From an uncultured bacterium (GTDB lineage Bacteria > Patescibacteriota > Minisyncoccia > Phycocordibacterales > Zambryskibacteraceae): a DNA stretch of 57,567 bases. Positions 54,483 to 57,567 of this stretch are shown in pieces; within the stretch, counting starts at the first letter, position 1; the number at the start of each line of letters is the position of its first letter. A program made the translations under genes and the position numbers. The DNA lies in assembly GCA_963789635.1 (NCBI GenBank), contig CAWBLF010000001.1:1-57567 (forward strand), read 5' to 3'. The notes below the pieces were generated by a model. That model ran no database searches. It saw only the letters and a list, made by a program, of their open reading frames with translations, and had not been told where the DNA came from.

Positions 54483-54504
54483 AAAACCGCTCATCGCGGT
54501 TTTT
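54483..54504 (+). terminator. intrinsic terminator after hup
   Basis: aaaaccgc-tcatc-gcggtttt followed by T-rich sequence. Confidence 0.75.
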
Positions 54505-54644
54505 GTTTACTATTTGATATACGACTAAGCTCACTTATCTTTTTTCAACCATTTCTCCTCCCACAATTTTTTACTTTCTTTCTCTTCATCATCATGTCTT
54601 TGCCGCCAGATTTTCCCCAACCTCTGCACCCGCCTCCGCTTCAC

Positions 54645-54866
54645 TCAACTCCCGTTCTTCGACAACAGAATCTCCCAAGGCAACACCATGCTCAAACCGG
54701 GCTTTGGGCGGCTCTCTCCCTTCTCTTTCGCTCTTATTATTGCCGCCGCAGTATGCTCTGCATCGGAGTAACGTGCCATTGCCTCGGCCTTCGAAGGGTC
54801 GTCGACTCGTTTTGATTCGTCTTCTGTTGGTGGCACAGGGGCTGCGTTAAAGTTTTCCATTCCCAT
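54645..54866 (-). CDS. small hypothetical protein with the MGMExFNxAP N-terminus (73 aa as read)
   Basis: MGMENFNAAPVPPTEDESK... The N-terminus and upstream region are paralogous to the 19626-20018 gene. Confidence 0.45.
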   Translation of the reverse strand: MGMENFNAAPVPPTEDESKRVDDPSKAEAMARYSDAEHTAAAIIRAKEKGESRPKPGLSMVLPWEILLSKNGS

Positions 54867-54918
54867 ATTTTTAGAATTAAATTGTTAAACTCAACAATCC
54901 AATTCTACCCCCCCCACT
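54836..54918 (-). repeat. promoter/leader/N-terminus module, copy 2 (contains a G8 tract)
   Basis: Minus strand reads TTGTAT-15 nt (ending in G8)-TAGAAT ... ATGGGAATGGAAAACTTTAAC. About 80% identical to 19988-20069. Confidence 0.8.
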
Positions 54919-54929
54919 GAAAATACAAG

Positions 54930-54953
54930 TGGTACGGGTAGGGAGAATCGGTC
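54930..54953 (-). repeat. duplicated 3' end of tRNA-Gly (att-like fragment)
   Basis: tggtacgggtagggagaatcg compared with tggtgcgggtagggagaatcg at 55076-55096 (20/21), including the CCA. Confidence 0.75.
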
Positions 54954-55035
54954 ACGCATCATTTTCCGCTGAAAATGTGCGCTACCCCGCCTCGCGCCGT
55001 CGCGCTCCGGCCTTCGATTCTCCTGCCCCACCGCG

Positions 55036-55076
55036 ATAACAAAAATACCAGACAGAAAGTCTGGCATTTTTGTTAT
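55036..55076. terminator. 18-bp palindromic hairpin directly after tRNA-Gly
   Basis: ataacaaaaataccagac-agaaa-gtctggcatttttgttat (one mismatch). Confidence 0.7.
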
Positions 55077-55149
55077 GGTGCGGGTAGGGAGAATCGAACT
55101 CCCGTCATTTGATTGGCAACCAAATGTTCTACCATTGAACCATACCCGC
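55076..55149 (-). tRNA. tRNA-Gly (GCC), CCA encoded
   Basis: Hand-folded cloverleaf: GCGGGUA/UACCCGC acceptor, GUUC-AAUGGUA-GAAC D arm, UUUGG-UUGCCAA-UCAAA anticodon arm, GGGAG-UUCGAUU-CUCCC T arm, A-CCA. Confidence 0.9.
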
Positions 55150-55153
55150 AAAT

Positions 55154-55816
55154 TTAATTCCTCGATAACTCCTCTGCCATTAAACGTATCCAAACTAACA
55201 TCTTTTCTTTCAAAAATCTACTTGAAAAAACGAGACTGCACACTCCATGTTGTACTTTACGTTTTTTGTGCTTTCCTATAATCGTCGTACTTTTTGTAAA
55301 ATTGTTTGCTTGCAAACCACCATTTTGTATCCAAAATTCTTTACACTCTTCTTCAATTAGGTCTGGGTAAATTAATAGTGATGCCCTAATTCTTTTTTGA
55401 TCAACGTTGCATACATCAACTAAAAACTTTCGAAAAACTCTTATCATTGATGGATCTGAATTGGAAATCCGGAATCCTGAAGTGCTTACCTTGTCGCCTT
55501 CTCCCCAATATATTGCGACGCCAACAACAAATAGCGGGTGGTTCTTTAGAAGTTGAAACTCTTGTCTCGCCTCATCTCTCGCCTCCTGATATAGTCTCGA
55601 CAGGTTCTCTCCTCGAATTTTATCGAGTCGAACAATTCTAGCTTTATTGGAAGCTAAATATTTGTCATTCAATCTTTTCGAAAGCGTGTGGGACCAGTCT
55701 TGACCATGAAACCAATCGGACAACGTAGCAACAGAAACACCGAGTTCTGCTCGGATTTCTGTATAGCTTTTTCCATTCTTTCGTAAGCTGATAGCTTTAT
55801 TTTTATCTTTTCTCAC
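55154..55816 (-). CDS. HTH-domain protein with a possible LAGLIDADG-like endonuclease core
   Basis: N-terminal resolvase-type HTH (GKSYTEIRAELGVSVATLSDW). Central FVVGVAIYWGEGDK resembles a LAGLIDADG motif. GTG start. Adjacent to tRNA-Gly. Confidence 0.4.
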   Translation of the reverse strand: MRKDKNKAISLRKNGKSYTEIRAELGVSVATLSDWFHGQDWSHTLSKRLNDKYLASNKARIVRLDKIRGENLSRLYQEARDEARQEFQLLKNHPLFVVGVAIYWGEGDKVSTSGFRISNSDPSMIRVFRKFLVDVCNVDQKRIRASLLIYPDLIEEECKEFWIQNGGLQANNFTKSTTIIGKHKKRKVQHGVCSLVFSSRFLKEKMLVWIRLMAEELSRN

Positions 55817-55858
55817 GTGTGCTATATAAGTATAGCACAGGTATTCGGAAAAGCATGT

Positions 55859-56158
55859 TTATAACTCTTTTTTCTTGCTTATCGAAAGTATCTCCTCAAA
55901 GTTATCTTCTTTGGTAACCGGTGCCCATCTTTCAAAACCACACTTCTGGCATCTTTGCTTTACTCGATATTCCTTATTCCTGATTTCGACTTCCACTGGC
56001 TCCATCATTCCACCACACGTCTCCTTTCTATCGCCTGGATCAATATCCACGTGTTTGCTCCATAAGCACTTACGACAATGATTTGTAAATCCATTGCCCA
56101 CATTGGCTTCACCACATTTTTCACAGACAAAATTTTCTACGTTTTTTTTGAATGTCAT
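55859..56158 (-). CDS. RNHCP domain-containing zinc-finger protein
   Basis: CEKCG...TNHCRKCLWSKHVD...CQKCG pattern. Start trimmed to ATG 56158 to avoid overlapping the tRNA. Confidence 0.7.
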   Translation of the reverse strand: MTFKKNVENFVCEKCGEANVGNGFTNHCRKCLWSKHVDIDPGDRKETCGGMMEPVEVEIRNKEYRVKQRCQKCGFERWAPVTKEDNFEEILSISKKKEL

Positions 56159-56182
56159 AAATTGCGATTGTAAACAAGATTG

Positions 56183-56253
56183 TCGGGCTACCCGGTAACG
56201 CTCCGGGGCCTCATGCACCCCATGCATGTATACTGCTTTTATACTATAGCCCG
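56183..56253 (-). tRNA. tRNA-Pro (GGG) with non-canonical D and T loops
   Basis: CGGGCUA/UAGCCCG acceptor. Anticodon loop AUGGGGU. D loop AAAAGCA has no GG. T arm is CCCGG-AGCGUUA-CCGGG with no UUCRA. No CCA. Confidence 0.65.
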
Positions 56254-56268
56254 TCTACAACTCACCTG

Positions 56269-56399
56269 TCGGGGTGCCGAGAATCTTTCCTTACAGGAAC
56301 TGTGCAGGTTTCATATTTTTTCAAAGCCGAGCTTTTCGAAAATATACTCAACCTTTTCGATTCTCGGACGAGAGCAAAACTGTTTGCTCTCTCACCCCG
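56269..56399 (-). ncRNA. tRNA-Pro-derived tRNA-like element (acceptor ends retained, interior replaced by ~110 nt of hairpins)
   Basis: 5' CGGGGUG (56393-56399) and 3' GAUUCUCGGCACCCCGA (56269-56285, identical to the tRNA-Pro(CGG) 3' end) can pair. The interior holds the hairpins GAGAGCAAA/UUUGCUCUC and CCGAG..UCGAAAA/UUUUCGA..CUCGG. Confidence 0.4.
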
Positions 56400-56416
56400 A
56401 ATTCGCTTCGCTTCAA

Positions 56417-56487
56417 TCGGGGTGCCGAGAATCGAACTCGGTTCTCACGAACCCGAATCGTGAATACTACCGGTGTACTACACCCCG
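56417..56487 (-). tRNA. tRNA-Pro (CGG), no encoded CCA
   Basis: Hand-folded: CGGGGUG/CACCCCG acceptor, anticodon arm CACGA-UUCGGGU-UCGUG, T arm CCGAG-UUCGAUU-CUCGG. Confidence 0.9.
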
Positions 56488-56515
56488 TAAAATCTAAAAA
56501 CCAACATTAATCCTT

Positions 56516-56586
56516 TCGGGGCGCCGAGAATCGAACTCGGCCCTCATGCTCCCAAAGCATGCATACTACCGATATACTACGCCCCG
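56516..56586 (-). tRNA. tRNA-Pro (UGG), no encoded CCA
   Basis: Hand-folded: CGGGGCG/CGCCCCG acceptor, anticodon arm CAUGC-UUUGGGA-GCAUG, T arm CCGAG-UUCGAUU-CUCGG. Confidence 0.9.
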
Positions 56587-56616
56587 TCACTTACTACAAT
56601 CAGACACATTACTCTC

Positions 56617-56673
56617 TCGGGCCAATGCCCTCTTGCTCACAATGCATGCATACTACCGATATACTACGCCCCG
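56617..56673 (-). pseudogene. truncated tRNA-Pro(UGG)-like copy (5' two-thirds only, loop AUUGUGA, no T arm or 3' acceptor)
   Basis: First 30 nt identical to the 56516-56586 tRNA, then ATTGTGAGCAAGAGGGCATTGGCCCGA. Confidence 0.6.
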
Positions 56674-56706
56674 TAGTTTTGTTTAACACCAATCAAAAAT
56701 CTTTGC

Positions 56707-56770
56707 TTGGGCCGATGCCCCCATGCTCACAATCTTCCTAACGGCATACATACTACCAATATACTATCGC
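56707..56770 (-). pseudogene. second degenerate tRNA-like copy with a 10-nt insertion before the AUUGUGA loop
   Basis: GCGATAGTATATTGGTAGTATGTATGC-CGTTAGGAAG-ATTGTGAGCATGGGGGCATCGGCCCAAG. It shares the ATTGTGAGCA.G.GGGCAT.GGCCC block with 56617-56673. Confidence 0.5.
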
Positions 56771-56830
56771 ATATTTAGTGACTACCAATACTATCACACG
56801 GCTTAATAAAGTTCTATTTTTGGCTATTTT

Positions 56831-57223
56831 CTATAAAACAATATTTTCCATGAAAATTACTTTTGCTTTCTTTTTATCAGCGTTTATACGAACAATAACG
56901 GCATCAATCGCCACTTTGTCATAGTCTATCCCCTTTTCGGTACAATATGTTTGAACCGCTTTATGCATCCTTTCTAATTTTTTGTGGTGAATGTTGTCTT
57001 CAGGACGAAAAGACGTTTCATGGGTAACTTTTTGCTCAAAAAGATCACTCTTGGAAGTTTTGACTTCAACAAAATGATAAACATTTTTATATTTTGCAAT
57101 GACATCAATTTCTCCCCAGGGCTTCAAATAGTTTCTTTCAACGACAGTAAATCCTCGTTTCTCAAGAAACTTCACAGCAATTGACTCTCCAAAATCACCA
57201 AATTGTCTCTTTTTAGTTATCAA
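56831..57223 (-). CDS. YraN family (UPF0102) endonuclease-like protein
   Basis: GESIAVKFLEKRGFTVVERNY...GEIDVIAK...HFVEVKT matches the YraN signature. Confidence 0.8.
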   Translation of the reverse strand: MITKKRQFGDFGESIAVKFLEKRGFTVVERNYLKPWGEIDVIAKYKNVYHFVEVKTSKSDLFEQKVTHETSFRPEDNIHHKKLERMHKAVQTYCTEKGIDYDKVAIDAVIVRINADKKKAKVIFMENIVL

Positions 57224-57536
57224 ATTGATTAGTTATAGTTGTTACTTATGAAACAGTTCAAATAGTTTCACATGAAACGATAGTCTGATAGCATTTCATT
57301 GAAGAATGCATACGCTATATGGATATATCGCTGACACGCGGTTTCATTAGGACAAGAATTGTCCTGTCCTTTATACACTTGTCCCCGTTGTTATCCACAG
57401 TTTCTTACAATTTTTCTTAAATATGGTGCAATAAACCTTATTTTGAAACGTTTTTTACAAAAATTGGTTTGTGTATCAGAAAGTCAAAAGGACTTTATAT
57501 TAAATTACATGGACAATTGTACCAAAGAACGTATTC

Positions 57537-57567
57537 TGGTGCGGGATGGGAGAATCGAACTCCCACC
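57537..57567 (-). tRNA. 3' part of a tRNA (CCA encoded), truncated by the window end; identity undetermined
   Basis: tggt-gcgggat-gggag-aatcgaa-ctccc is the reverse complement of T arm GGGAG-UUCGAUU-CUCCC plus acceptor AUCCCGC plus A-CCA. Confidence 0.7.

Noticed and set aside
54510-54866. In-frame continuation after the TGA stop of the 73-aa MGME gene (..KNGS*VKRRRVQRLGKIW..KKDK*). This could suggest UGA recoding (code 25/4) or read-through. An alternative +1-frame continuation (ARFEHGVALGDSVVEERELSEAEAG..) was also seen.
   Set aside because: TGA clearly acts as a stop in conserved genes here (adk TGA overlapping the map ATG, recJ TGA overlapping the rnhA ATG). Conserved proteins translate intact with the standard code. 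The continuation frames have no supporting homology.

Overview
This looks like a compact, roughly 42% GC genome segment from a Patescibacteria/CPR-like bacterium; that lineage assignment is an inference from gene content. About 24 kb of the minus strand carries the str-S10-spc ribosomal supercluster (rpsL, rpsG, fusA, tuf, rpsJ through rplO, secY, adk, map). It has no rpmD, no infA-to-rplQ tail, and lysine-rich tails on several r-proteins. The remainder holds housekeeping genes (ndk, recJ, rnhA, pgk, tpiA, nusA, tig, clpP, rny, hup, rsmE, rpmB), a split ComEC, and a minimal type IV pilus module (pilB, pilC, three pseudopilin-like genes). Next to that module sits a >1,400-aa glycine-rich repeat surface protein. 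A tRNA cluster (Gly, three Pro isoacceptors, one partial tRNA) lies at the right end. Native genes appear to lack Shine-Dalgarno sequences. Several things are not explained by the gene list. (1) Long structured spacers lie inside the r-protein operons, including two paralogous ~165-nt elements flanking rpsC that show covariation and each carry a 38-codon ORF. (2) G-free periodic leaders and shared leader boxes precede several genes. (3) An ~82-nt promoter/leader/N-terminus module occurs twice, with a G8 tract in a 15-nt promoter spacer. (4) Three orphan genes, each with its own terminator, are inserted between fusA and tuf. Two of these orphans, and also the lipoprotein gene at 44636-45820, have canonical SDs and higher GC. 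(5) fusA is broken by three single-base homopolymer insertions, and similar indels affect rplT and the surface protein. (6) tRNA 3'-end duplications, tRNA-like elements and a tRNA-Pro(GGG) with a non-canonical elbow are present. (7) A structured RNA driven by a consensus promoter lies upstream of nusA. No rRNA, CRISPR array, transposase or reverse transcriptase was seen.
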